Positions 19,275 through 29,537 of a DNA stretch of 64,000 nucleotides are shown here, piece by piece. The stretch lies in the NCBI GenBank assembly GCA_963664305.2, contig CAXXLV010000002.1, forward strand, positions 160,001 through 224,000, given 5' to 3'. The notes beneath the pieces are model-generated. The model was not told where the DNA came from and searched no databases. It was given only the letters and a program-made list of their open reading frames with translations. Position 1 is the first letter of the stretch, and the number at the start of each line of letters is the position of its first letter. This stretch comes from an uncultured Aliarcobacter sp. (lineage in GTDB: Bacteria; Campylobacterota; Campylobacteria; Campylobacterales; Arcobacteraceae). The position numbers and the translations under genes were made by a program.

Positions 19275-22200
19275 ATGAAAAAAGCTCTTTTTTTACTACT
19301 AATATTTCCTCTTTTTTTAATGGCAAATTTCAAAGATTCATTAACAAAGGAAGAAAAAACTTGGCTTGATAATCAAAAGGTTATAACAGTTGGAGCAATG
19401 GATAATTGGGAACCTATTAATTTTGTTGATTATAAAAATCAGCCTTCAGGAATAGGAGCTTCAATTGTAGAAATCTTAAATAAAAAATTAGATAATAAAC
19501 TACAAATTGTCTCTTCTTCTTGGAGTAATATTTATGAAAAAGCAAAAGCTGGAGAGTTAAATGCTATTTTAGATATAACGCCAAAAAAAGAAAGAGAAGA
19601 GTTTTTTTTATTTACAAAAGCATATTTACAAATTCCACATGTGATAGTTTCAAGTTCTCAACAACAGCCCTTTTCATCTTTAGCTGATTTAAATGGAAAA
19701 GTTGTTGCCCTTGAAAAAGGAATTGGTACTATTATTGATTTAGAAAAAAACTTTCCTAATATAAAAATAAAAACTTTTGAAAATACAACTTTTGCTTTAG
19801 ATGCAGTTTCTAGGGGAGTTGCAGATGCTTATATTGGAAATAGAGCAGTTGTAGATTATAAAATAAGAAATGAACTTTTAACTAATGTAAAAGTCGATAA
19901 TATTGATATTACAAGAAAACCAACACTTCTTACAATAGGTATTTCAAAGCAATATCCATTGTTAGCTTCTATTTTACAAAAAGCTATGGATGATATTCCA
20001 CTTGAAGAAATAAATAAAATCTATTCAAAATGGTCAAAAGAAAAAATTATTGATATTGGTTTAACTAAAGAAGAAAAAGATTATCTAACACAAAAAAGAA
20101 AACTTCGATTTGTAACTTCAAATGATAGTTGGGCTCCATATTTATTTATGGACAATAACAATAATATAAATGGTTTAGAAATAGATTTTTTTAATCTTTT
20201 AGAATCAAGAATTAGAGTTCCAATTGAACTTGAATATAAAGTTTGGAGTGAAGCTTTAGAAGATGCTAGAGAACATAAATATGATGGTGTTTTCCCAGCA
20301 ACTCCAACAACAGAACGAAAAAAAGATTTACTTTTTTCAAATCCTTATTATATTTCATCAATTGCAATAGTTACAAATAATAATCTAAAAGAGTTCAATG
20401 AAAACAATTTTTCAGGGAAAAAAATAGCACTTTTTAAAGATAGTTTTGTAAAAGATTTTATAAAACAAAGAATAAAAAATGTAAAAATCATTGAAATAGA
20501 AGGCGGAATAAAAGAGCTTTTAAATAAATTAAAAAGCGGTGAGGTTGATGCAATTGCAGATTATACAGCAGCTTTAAATTTTGGTATAAAAGAGAATAAC
20601 CTTGAAGATAAAATGAAAATCTCAAAAGTTTTCACTTCTGATGATTTAACTGGTTCTAATTATGGAACAACAAATAAAGAGCCTTTATTAAACTCTATTA
20701 TAAATAAAGCAATAAATTCTTTTACAAAAGAGGAAATTGAAGCTATTAAAAACAGATGGGAGGGAACATTACCTGCTGTTTTGAAAAAGAGTGAAAAACT
20801 CGTTTTTTTAACAAAAGAAGAAGAGTTATGGTTAAAAGAGCATCCCGTTATAAAATATGCAGGTGATCCAAATTATATGCCTTTTGAATCTTTTGATTTT
20901 AATGGAAATTATATTGGTATAGTTGCAAATCATTTAGATTTTATAGAAGAAAATCTTGGAATAAAATTTGAGATTTTGAAAACAAATTCTTGGGTAGAGA
21001 CTTTAGATTTTGCAAAAACAAATAAAGTTGATATGTTTTCAAATTATGTTGGAGTTGAAGATTTTAGTGATACACATATAACTGTTCCAATGGATATTGA
21101 AAGTCCAATTGTTGTGGTTGGAAAAAGGGATAGCAATCAAGATTTTATTTTTTCAATTTCTCAATTAAAAGGTAAAAAAATTGCTGTAATTAAAGATTAT
21201 TTTTATTTAAAAGAGATTTATAAAGAGTTTCCCAATCTAAATTATATAGAAGTTGAAAATGCAGAAGTAGCTTTAAATGGTGTTTCATTAGGAATTTATG
21301 ATGTTGCACTTTGTTCTTTACCTGTTGCTACATATAATATAAATCAAGGTTTATCAAATATAGAGATTATTGGAAAAACTGATAACTATATGCAACTAGG
21401 GTTTTCAATTAGAAAAGATTATGAAATCCTTTCAAAAATTATAGAAAAAGTTTTGATTTATCAAAATAATAATGAATTTAATGAAGTTATAAAAAATTGG
21501 CAAAATGTTACAAAAAAAAGAGATCTAAATTGGGATACTATTTTTAAAGTATTAATTATTATATTTCTTATGATTTTGTTTTTATTATTATGGAACTATC
21601 AACTTAAAAAACAAGTTAATAAAAAAACTTATGAATTATCTAAATTATTGAAATTTTTTGATGAAAATGTAATTGCTTCAAGAACTGATTTAGAGGGAAA
21701 TATTACTTATGTAAGTGATGCTTTCTGCAAAATTAGTGGAAATAGTAGAGAGTTTATGCTTGGTAAAAATCATAGAATTGGAAAACACCCAGATAATGAC
21801 CCCCAAATATATAAAGATATGTGGCAAACAATCATAGATGGTAAAACATGGAAAGGTAGAATAAAAAACAAAACTAAAGATGGGGGTTACTATTGGGTTG
21901 ATAGTATTATCGAACAAGAAAAAGATAATGATGGAAATGTAATAGGTTATTTATCTATAAGACATGATGTTACCGCTCAAGTTGAATTGGAAAAATTAAG
22001 TACAAATCTTGAAAATATTATAAAAGAGAGAACAGCTGAATTATATGAAATGAATCAAAAACAAAAAGCTATTTTTGATACGGCAAGTATTGGTATAGTT
22101 TTATTAAAAAATAGAATAATAAGTGAATTAAATGACAAAATTTGTAATATTTTTGGTTATGAATATGATGAACTTTTAAATCAATCAACTAGAATCTTTT

Positions 22201-24638
22201 ATTTAAATGATGAAGATTATAACAATGTAAGAGAAGAATATGAGAATTTAAAAGAGCATAAAGTTGTAACTTGGGAACAAAAATTTGCAAGAAGAAATGG
22301 TAGTGATTTTTGGGCGAGAATAAGTATGCAAGCAGTTGATTTTATGGATTTAGATAAGGGAACAGTTGCAATTATTGATGATATTACTTTAGAGAAAAAA
22401 GCTTTAGAAGATATCAAAAAAGCAAAAGAGTTAGCAGAAGAATCAACAAAATCAAAAAGTGAATTTTTGGCAAATATGAGCCATGAAATAAGAACTCCAA
22501 TGAATGCAATAATTGGTATGGCATATCTTGCATTACAAACTTCTTTAGATGAACAACAAAAAAACTATATTCAAAAAATAGATAAAGCCTCTAAAAATCT
22601 TTTAGGAATTATAAATGATATTTTAGATTTTTCAAAAATTGAAGCTGGAAAAATGCATTTTGAAAAAATAGATTTTTCACTTGATGATATTTTGTCAAAT
22701 ATTTCAAGTCTATTTACATTTCAAACACAAGAAAAAGGTTTAGAACTTCTATTTGATATTGATACAACTTTACCACTTGCTCTAAGAGGTGATGCTCTAA
22801 GATTAAATCAAGTTTTAACAAATCTTTTAAGTAATGCTATTAAATTTACTTCAAAAGGTGAAATTATATTAAGTATTAAACAACTATCAAGAAATGATAA
22901 TGAGGTTGAAATAAGATTTGATGTAAAAGATTCAGGTATTGGAATCTCTGATGAACAAAAGGCAAAATTATTTAATTCATTCTCTCAAGCTGATAACTCA
23001 ACAACAAGAAAATATGGAGGAACAGGTTTAGGTCTTGCCATTTCAAAACAGATTGTTGAACTAATGGGTGGAAGTGTTGGTTTAGAGAGTAAAGTTGGTG
23101 TTGGAAGTGATTTTTATTTTATTTTAAAATTTGATTTACAAGAGAAACAAAAAAATTTAGATTTATTGGGAGATGAAATTAATAGTTTAAAAGTTTTAAT
23201 TGTTGATGATAATGCTTCTTCAAGAGAAATACTAGAAAATATTATCAAATCACTTAAATTTGAGGTAAAAGCTCTATGTTGTGGGAAAGAGTCTTTGATT
23301 GAATTGAAAGATGCATATTCAAAAAATGAACCTTATAATTTGGTTTTAATGGATTGGAAAATGCCTGATTTAGATGGTGTTGAAACAATAAACAGAATTA
23401 ATGAAGAGATAAAAGAAATACCAGCTTTTATAATGGTTACTGCTTATGATAAAGATGAACTTATGGAAAAAGCAAAAGAGGTAAAAATATTAGGTTTCCT
23501 TGAAAAGCCAATTAGCCCATCAACACTATATGACACTATTCTTAAATCTTTTGGAAAAGAGATAGTTCAAAGTTCTACTAAAGAGATTAGACAAGACATC
23601 CATTTTGATGAGGTAAAAGCTTTAGTTAACGGGGCAAAAATTCTTCTAGTTGAAGATAACATTCAAAATCAAGAGATAGCAACAGAGTTTTTAAATAAAG
23701 CAAATATAAATATAGTTATTGCAAATAATGGAAAAGAAGCAGTTGATATTTTAAATGAAAATGAAGAGTTTGATGCTGTTTTAATGGATTGCCAAATGCC
23801 AATTATGAATGGTTATGAAGCTACAGAACATATAAGAGAAATAGAAAAATTTGCAAATTTACCAATTATTGCCATGACTGCAAATGCAATGGAAGGTGAT
23901 AAAGAAAAATGTATTAGTGTTGGAATGAACGATTATATCTCTAAACCTTTGGATTTTAATAAATTCTATGAGACTTTAGGAAAATGGATTAAAGTGAAAA
24001 ATCCTATAAAACAAAGAGTTCAAGAAAAAAATGAAGTTGAAGATATAAATATCGATAACTTAAAAATAGAAGGCATTGATATAAACGAAGCATTAGCAAG
24101 AATGGCTGGAAATAAAAAATTATTTTTAACTCAATTGGAAAGATTTGTTAAATCTCAAGAGGATTTTAAAACTAAAATAGTGGTTAAAGATTTAGAAGTA
24201 GCCATACGAGAAGCTCATACTTTAAAAGGTCTTTGTGGAAATATTGGAGCAAATAGTATATTTACTAAAGCAAAAGAGCTTGAATATCATTTAAAAGAGA
24301 AAGGTTTTGATAATAATAGTTTTCTTTTAATTCAAATTTTAAATGAAGAATTAGAAAAGTTAATTATAAAAATAAAAGAACAACTAAATAATTTTAATTT
24401 AGAAAAAGAAAATGTGAGTTTGGATAATTTAGAAATAGATAAAGAAAAAGTATCTAAATTGATAAATGAACTTCAAAATCTTTTAGATGAACTTGATTCA
24501 GATGCGATTATAAAAGCTAATGAGTTAAAAAATGAGTTATCAAAAACTTTCCATGATGAAAAGCTTGATAGATTAATGAGTAGTATAAATAATTTTGATT
24601 TTGATAAAGCTAGTGAAATTTTACAAACTATAAAATAA
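19275..24638 (+). CDS. Hybrid sensor histidine kinase: 3 periplasmic solute-binding domains, 2 PAS, HisKA, HATPase, 2 REC, Hpt
   Basis: Three repeats starting LTKEEx.WL/YL; FLANMSHEIRTPMN; GGTGLGL; two REC domains; AHTLKG Hpt motif. Confidence 0.93.
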   Translation: MKKALFLLLIFPLFLMANFKDSLTKEEKTWLDNQKVITVGAMDNWEPINFVDYKNQPSGIGASIVEILNKKLDNKLQIVSSSWSNIYEKAKAGELNAILDITPKKEREEFFLFTKAYLQIPHVIVSSSQQQPFSSLADLNGKVVALEKGIGTIIDLEKNFPNIKIKTFENTTFALDAVSRGVADAYIGNRAVVDYKIRNELLTNVKVDNIDITRKPTLLTIGISKQYPLLASILQKAMDDIPLEEINKIYSKWSKEKIIDIGLTKEEKDYLTQKRKLRFVTSNDSWAPYLFMDNNNNINGLEIDFFNLLESRIRVPIELEYKVWSEALEDAREHKYDGVFPATPTTERKKDLLFSNPYYISSIAIVTNNNLKEFNENNFSGKKIALFKDSFVKDFIKQRIKNVKIIEIEGGIKELLNKLKSGEVDAIADYTAALNFGIKENNLEDKMKISKVFTSDDLTGSNYGTTNKEPLLNSIINKAINSFTKEEIEAIKNRWEGTLPAVLKKSEKLVFLTKEEELWLKEHPVIKYAGDPNYMPFESFDFNGNYIGIVANHLDFIEENLGIKFEILKTNSWVETLDFAKTNKVDMFSNYVGVEDFSDTHITVPMDIESPIVVVGKRDSNQDFIFSISQLKGKKIAVIKDYFYLKEIYKEFPNLNYIEVENAEVALNGVSLGIYDVALCSLPVATYNINQGLSNIEIIGKTDNYMQLGFSIRKDYEILSKIIEKVLIYQNNNEFNEVIKNWQNVTKKRDLNWDTIFKVLIIIFLMILFLLLWNYQLKKQVNKKTYELSKLLKFFDENVIASRTDLEGNITYVSDAFCKISGNSREFMLGKNHRIGKHPDNDPQIYKDMWQTIIDGKTWKGRIKNKTKDGGYYWVDSIIEQEKDNDGNVIGYLSIRHDVTAQVELEKLSTNLENIIKERTAELYEMNQKQKAIFDTASIGIVLLKNRIISELNDKICNIFGYEYDELLNQSTRIFYLNDEDYNNVREEYENLKEHKVVTWEQKFARRNGSDFWARISMQAVDFMDLDKGTVAIIDDITLEKKALEDIKKAKELAEESTKSKSEFLANMSHEIRTPMNAIIGMAYLALQTSLDEQQKNYIQKIDKASKNLLGIINDILDFSKIEAGKMHFEKIDFSLDDILSNISSLFTFQTQEKGLELLFDIDTTLPLALRGDALRLNQVLTNLLSNAIKFTSKGEIILSIKQLSRNDNEVEIRFDVKDSGIGISDEQKAKLFNSFSQADNSTTRKYGGTGLGLAISKQIVELMGGSVGLESKVGVGSDFYFILKFDLQEKQKNLDLLGDEINSLKVLIVDDNASSREILENIIKSLKFEVKALCCGKESLIELKDAYSKNEPYNLVLMDWKMPDLDGVETINRINEEIKEIPAFIMVTAYDKDELMEKAKEVKILGFLEKPISPSTLYDTILKSFGKEIVQSSTKEIRQDIHFDEVKALVNGAKILLVEDNIQNQEIATEFLNKANINIVIANNGKEAVDILNENEEFDAVLMDCQMPIMNGYEATEHIREIEKFANLPIIAMTANAMEGDKEKCISVGMNDYISKPLDFNKFYETLGKWIKVKNPIKQRVQEKNEVEDINIDNLKIEGIDINEALARMAGNKKLFLTQLERFVKSQEDFKTKIVVKDLEVAIREAHTLKGLCGNIGANSIFTKAKELEYHLKEKGFDNNSFLLIQILNEELEKLIIKIKEQLNNFNLEKENVSLDNLEIDKEKVSKLINELQNLLDELDSDAIIKANELKNELSKTFHDEKLDRLMSSINNFDFDKASEILQTIK

Positions 24639-24649
24639 GAGAAATTCTC

Positions 24650-26533
24650 TTATTTTATATAGTTCTCTTTTTTGTCAACTGTGTCTAATTCTTGACCAAT
24701 CTCTTGATATCTTTTGAAATAGTATTTTACAAAAGAGTTTATAGTTTCATTACTTGGCATAAAATATTTCTCTTTTTTTGTTGCATAGTTATTTAAAAAT
24801 TTCGTTGCATCAAGTTTGTCTAAATAGTGTTTTGCTAAATCTGTGTAATTTTTGATATACCAAGTTTTTAAAACTTCAAATTTTGCATCACTTATATCTA
24901 TATTTAATTTTTTATTTTCATCATCCCAAGATAAAACACCACTATCAAAAAGTCCATTTAAGTGGATTAATCCTTCACAATAGTATGGTTGAACTTCATC
25001 AACTTCCATCCAACCAATAAGTCCAACACTTCTTTTAACAAGGTCTATTAAAACTTGCTCTTTTAAATGTAACTCGTCAGTATCCTCATCTAATAGGTAT
25101 GATATTAATCCACCTGTTGTTGCTTTGAACTCTTCAATGTTTTTAAAGTTTCCAGTTTTATTCATAACTGATTCAGTTTCATCATCACACCATAAAATAT
25201 GTCCATATTCATGTCCAACTGTACTTATATCATAAACTTGATGCCAAGATGTTGTTTCATTAAATAAGAACATTCTATCACGAGTAAGAAGTTCTTGCCC
25301 AAATATCTCTCTACTTAGTTTTAAAAATGGTTTAGCCCTGCTTGTTTGTAAAATCTCATCACTAAATGCAAAGATTTTTTTACCTTCTTCTAAAGATACA
25401 ACTTCATCATTTGGTACAACTTGTGCTGAAAATAGTCCATTGAACTCTGCTCCAAAGAATAGGGCTGGTCGACCCACATAAAGTTGAACTTTATCAAGTG
25501 ATTTGAAAGAAAAATCATAGATTTTTTTGTAACTTTCATTTGGTTCAAAACTATTAAAGATTTTAGAAAAAGCTGATTTTATTTTATTTACTCTATGGTC
25601 ATTTTGTGCAAATTTTGGATTTGTAAGTCTTATATCCCATTCAAGTGCAACAGCTTTTCTAAAGTGGTCTTCGTAGTATTCAAGTGGATGTCCGATTTGA
25701 ATTGGAGTTTTTATTTTCATCCAAGCTCTATCTACATCTGCCCATTTTGAAACTAATTCATTTATTCTATCTTCACTAAATGCTTTGATTAGTGCTTGAA
25801 TATATAAAACATAATCCCATTTTTGATTATAGATTTCATCTTCAAGTTCGATTAGTTTATCTGCAAATTCTTCAAGTGCATCCACAACTTCCGTTGTTTC
25901 TTTTTTGAAAGCTTTTATATATGCTTTTGAAGTGTATTTATCGCCATCTTTTACTAAAGCTGAATAACATCTATCAGCAGTAATTCCTCCATGTCCTAAA
26001 TCAAAAAGTTTTTCATCTTCAAGATATTTCATAATCTTTGCTTCATCACCTTCAAATTTGGCAACTAACTCTTTATTTATTCCATTTATAATATGCGCTG
26101 TCCAAGAAGTTTGCCATGCGCTCATTTGAAGTCCTACGTTATAAACTCCAATAAATACTTCCCTATAAAAAGGTGTTAAAAGTTTGTTTTCAACTATAAA
26201 ATCAATAAATTTTGTATGAATATCGTGCCAATACTCTTTTACAAATTGATAAGCTTTTTCTTGTAAAGAGATAATCTCTTTTTCATTTTTTTCAAGTTTT
26301 TTTAGAACTTGAACTAAACTATCATCTCTTAAATTTACAAGTCTTGTAACAAGTGCAAATCTTAAATCATCTTTCATTTCAAGATTTAAAGATTTTGCAA
26401 AATCATCAATTAATCCTAGTTTATCAAACTCTTTATTTTCTAAAAATTTTATTAGTTCATTTGTTTTTGTTTTTTGGTCATTTAAAAAATCATATATTTT
26501 TTGTAAGTCGTTTAGAAATTGCTCTTTTGTCAT
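24650..26533 (-). CDS. ciaB: Invasion antigen CiaB homologue
   Basis: QIGHPLEYYED, GLFSAQVVPND, GHEYGH, NIEEFKATTGGL, PYYCEGLIHL and ~620 aa size match my recollection of Campylobacter/Arcobacter CiaB. Confidence 0.85.
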   Translation of the reverse strand: MTKEQFLNDLQKIYDFLNDQKTKTNELIKFLENKEFDKLGLIDDFAKSLNLEMKDDLRFALVTRLVNLRDDSLVQVLKKLEKNEKEIISLQEKAYQFVKEYWHDIHTKFIDFIVENKLLTPFYREVFIGVYNVGLQMSAWQTSWTAHIINGINKELVAKFEGDEAKIMKYLEDEKLFDLGHGGITADRCYSALVKDGDKYTSKAYIKAFKKETTEVVDALEEFADKLIELEDEIYNQKWDYVLYIQALIKAFSEDRINELVSKWADVDRAWMKIKTPIQIGHPLEYYEDHFRKAVALEWDIRLTNPKFAQNDHRVNKIKSAFSKIFNSFEPNESYKKIYDFSFKSLDKVQLYVGRPALFFGAEFNGLFSAQVVPNDEVVSLEEGKKIFAFSDEILQTSRAKPFLKLSREIFGQELLTRDRMFLFNETTSWHQVYDISTVGHEYGHILWCDDETESVMNKTGNFKNIEEFKATTGGLISYLLDEDTDELHLKEQVLIDLVKRSVGLIGWMEVDEVQPYYCEGLIHLNGLFDSGVLSWDDENKKLNIDISDAKFEVLKTWYIKNYTDLAKHYLDKLDATKFLNNYATKKEKYFMPSNETINSFVKYYFKRYQEIGQELDTVDKKENYIK

Positions 26534-26616
26534 ATAAAATCCTCTTTTTTTCTGAAAAATTATTTTAGCAAATTATATTAATAGGAATGATTAATAAATA
26601 GAATAAATTATAAACA

Positions 26617-26643
26617 TTAGCACTCAAATATAAAAAGTGCTAA
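26617..26643 (+). promoter_or_regulatory. CIRCE element (HrcA operator) upstream of htpG
   Basis: TTAGCACTC-aaatataaa-AAGTGCTAA; one mismatch to the consensus TTAGCACTC-N9-GAGTGCTAA. Confidence 0.88.
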
Positions 26644-26727
26644 AATTTATAAAAACTTTAGCTAACTTTTATAAAGTTGCGATAAAATTATCTTCTAAAA
26701 ATCAAAAAATTTATAGGAGAAATTAGT

Positions 26728-28638
26728 ATGGCAAAACATCAATTTCAAACAGAAGTAGGACAATTATTACATTTAATGACACACTCTTTATACTCAAATA
26801 AAGAGATTTTTATAAGAGAACTTGTATCAAATGCAAGTGATGCTATTGATAAATTAAACTATTTAAGATTAACTGATGAAAATTTAAAAGATAAATATGC
26901 GCAGTGGAAAGGTGAGATTAATATCTCTTTTGATGAAAAAGATAAATCTTTAACTATTTCAGACAATGGTATTGGTATGAACAATGAAGATTTAATCGCT
27001 TCTATTGGTACTATTGCAAAATCTGGAACAAAATCATTTATTGAAAATTTAACTGGTGATGCTAAAAAAGATTCAAATTTAATCGGTCAATTTGGGGTTG
27101 GATTCTATTCAGTATTTATGGTTGCATCAAATGTTGATGTAATTACTAAAAAAGCTGGAGAAGATAAAGCTTACAAATGGTCATCAAATGGTAGTGGTGA
27201 ATTTGATTTAGGTGAATGCGTAAAAGGTGATTCTGGAACAGTTATTTACATCAAATTAAAAGATGAAGAAGCTGAAGAGTTTGCAAGTAAATATAGAATT
27301 AAAAATATTGTTGAAAAATATTCAAACCATATTGCTTATCCAATTTTCTTAAACTATAACGAAGAAGTAACTGTTGAACAAAGTGAAGAGGATAAAAAAG
27401 CTGGAAAAGAAGCTGAGAAAAAAACTGAAAGAAAACATGAACAAATCAATGCTGCAACTGCTCTTTGGATGCAACCAAAAGCTAAATTAACTGAGCAAGA
27501 TTATAATGATTTTTATAAATCAATCTCTCATGATAGTTCAGACCCAATGCTTACAATTCATACAAAAGCAGAAGGTGTTAGTGAATATACGACATTATTT
27601 TATATTCCAAAAACTGCACCTATGGATATGTATAGAGCAGATTTCCAAAGTGGTGTTAAACTATATGTTAAAAGAGTATTTATCACTGATGATGAAAAAG
27701 AGTTATTACCAACATATTTAAGATTTGTTAGAGGAATTATTGATAGTGAAGATTTACCACTAAATGTTAGTAGAGAAATTTTACAAGAAAATAGAATCTT
27801 AGCAAACATCAAACAATCAAGTGTTAAAAAGATTTTAAGTGAGATTAAAAAACTATCTAAAGATGAAGAAAAATATGCTGAATTTGTAGCTCAATATATA
27901 AGACCTTTAAAAGAGGGTGTATATCAAGATTATACAAATAAAGAAGCAATTTTAGAACTATTAAGATACAAATCAACAAAAACTGAAGCTTCTAAAATGA
28001 CTTCGTTAGAAGATTATAAGCAAAGAGCTAATACTGAGCAAAAAGCTATCTATTACATCATTGGAGAAAATGAAAAAGTATTAAAAAATTCTCCACTTTT
28101 AGAGTCATATAAGAAAAATGATATTGAAGTTTTAATCTTAGATGATAAAGAAATAGATGAGATTATAACTCCTGCAATTGGTGCATATAAAGAGTGGGAA
28201 TTTAAAGATATCACAGCTTGTGAGCCTCCAAAAGTAGAGCAATCTGAAGAAGAGAAAAAAGAAGTTGAAGAGAAATTCCAAGATATCACTAAAAAAATCA
28301 AAGATAAATTAGGTGATGCAGTTAAAGATGTAAAAGTTACTTCAAGACTTTCTGAATCTCCATCTTGTGTTGTAAAAGATGCAGCAGACGCTCAAATGGC
28401 AGCAATGGCTCATATGTTTAGAGCAATGGGACAAGCTATGCCAGAATCAGCTCCTATTTTAGAAATCAATCCAGACCATGAAATCGTGAAAAAATTGAAT
28501 GGTTGCCCAGATGAATCTACAATCGAAGATGTTTCTTGGATTTTATTAGACCAAGCAAAATTAAGTGAAGGTATGGAAATTACAGATACTGTGGCTTTCG
28601 CGCAAAGACTATCTAGAATTACTGCAAAAGCTCTTTAA
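26728..28638 (+). CDS. htpG: Molecular chaperone HtpG (Hsp90)
   Basis: YSNKEIFIRELVSNASDA, IGQFGVGFYS, DSEDLPLNVSRE. Confidence 0.98.
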   Translation: MAKHQFQTEVGQLLHLMTHSLYSNKEIFIRELVSNASDAIDKLNYLRLTDENLKDKYAQWKGEINISFDEKDKSLTISDNGIGMNNEDLIASIGTIAKSGTKSFIENLTGDAKKDSNLIGQFGVGFYSVFMVASNVDVITKKAGEDKAYKWSSNGSGEFDLGECVKGDSGTVIYIKLKDEEAEEFASKYRIKNIVEKYSNHIAYPIFLNYNEEVTVEQSEEDKKAGKEAEKKTERKHEQINAATALWMQPKAKLTEQDYNDFYKSISHDSSDPMLTIHTKAEGVSEYTTLFYIPKTAPMDMYRADFQSGVKLYVKRVFITDDEKELLPTYLRFVRGIIDSEDLPLNVSREILQENRILANIKQSSVKKILSEIKKLSKDEEKYAEFVAQYIRPLKEGVYQDYTNKEAILELLRYKSTKTEASKMTSLEDYKQRANTEQKAIYYIIGENEKVLKNSPLLESYKKNDIEVLILDDKEIDEIITPAIGAYKEWEFKDITACEPPKVEQSEEEKKEVEEKFQDITKKIKDKLGDAVKDVKVTSRLSESPSCVVKDAADAQMAAMAHMFRAMGQAMPESAPILEINPDHEIVKKLNGCPDESTIEDVSWILLDQAKLSEGMEITDTVAFAQRLSRITAKAL

Positions 28639-28759
28639 AAGAGCTATTTGCATAAATCTTCTGCGTTGGATAAAGTTTTTAACTCAATCACATACTATTT
28701 GTATGCTCAATCGTTAAAAACTTTATCTGCCTTGAATCTTCATACAACAAACTCTTTTA
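28636..28759. repeat. 124-bp palindromic ERIC-like / MITE-like element overlapping the htpG stop
   Basis: Terminal IR taaaagag/ctctttta; perfect 15-bp stem gataaagtttttaac/gttaaaaactttatc; apical catac-tattt-gtatg hairpin; CTGCGTTGG and GCCTTG flanking motifs. Confidence 0.7.
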
Positions 28760-28945
28760 TAAATTTAAAGGAAAAATTTGAATTTAAAAGATTTTAATAC
28801 TGATAAATATATTGTTCACTATACTAAATTTGCAAATAATTAAAATAAATATATATTTTCTTCACAATTTCTTACTACTATCCTTGAATAAAAAAAATTA
28901 TTATGTTAAAGTACATTTCTTAAGATTAAATAAAAGGTAACCAAA

Positions 28946-29521
28946 ATGGGTATGGTAAAAGATGCTTTAAAATCACTTTTCAAAACAATCACAATATTAT
29001 CACGTCCATATTTTAGTCTTGAAGAAAATGAATTAAAATTCAAAGTGGATACTGACACTTTTTTTAAATTCCCAATTACAAATGTAGAAACAAAAACAAG
29101 ATATGATTCTTATATTTTCGAAGCTTATACATTGTGTGCAGATAGTATTTATGTTGAGTATATACATACTGATGCTGATGTGGCTTGGAATGGGCAAGCT
29201 TTAGGATATTTTATCTCTTTATTAAAAGATAAAATTGAAGCTAAAAACATGGAATTATTAGAAAAGTATGAGTTTAATCACTATGAGTTTTTGACATATA
29301 AAATTGATGATAGTTATATCTTAAATATCATATACATATATGAAGTGACAAAAGATATTTTTATAGTTGACAAAAAATCTGAACTTTATGAAAATTTATT
29401 AAAAAATTTTAAAAAAGATTATGAATATAAATTTGAAAAAAATGAAGATGTAACTTTAGATATCAATGTTAGTTTAGTAAAAAACAATGCTATGAATAGC
29501 TACTTTAATATTTCAAACTAA
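28946..29521 (+). CDS. Hypothetical protein
   Basis: 191-aa ORF with AAGG SD and host-like codon usage. Confidence 0.7.
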   Translation: MGMVKDALKSLFKTITILSRPYFSLEENELKFKVDTDTFFKFPITNVETKTRYDSYIFEAYTLCADSIYVEYIHTDADVAWNGQALGYFISLLKDKIEAKNMELLEKYEFNHYEFLTYKIDDSYILNIIYIYEVTKDIFIVDKKSELYENLLKNFKKDYEYKFEKNEDVTLDINVSLVKNNAMNSYFNISN

Positions 29522-29537
29522 GAGAAAATCTCTTAGT

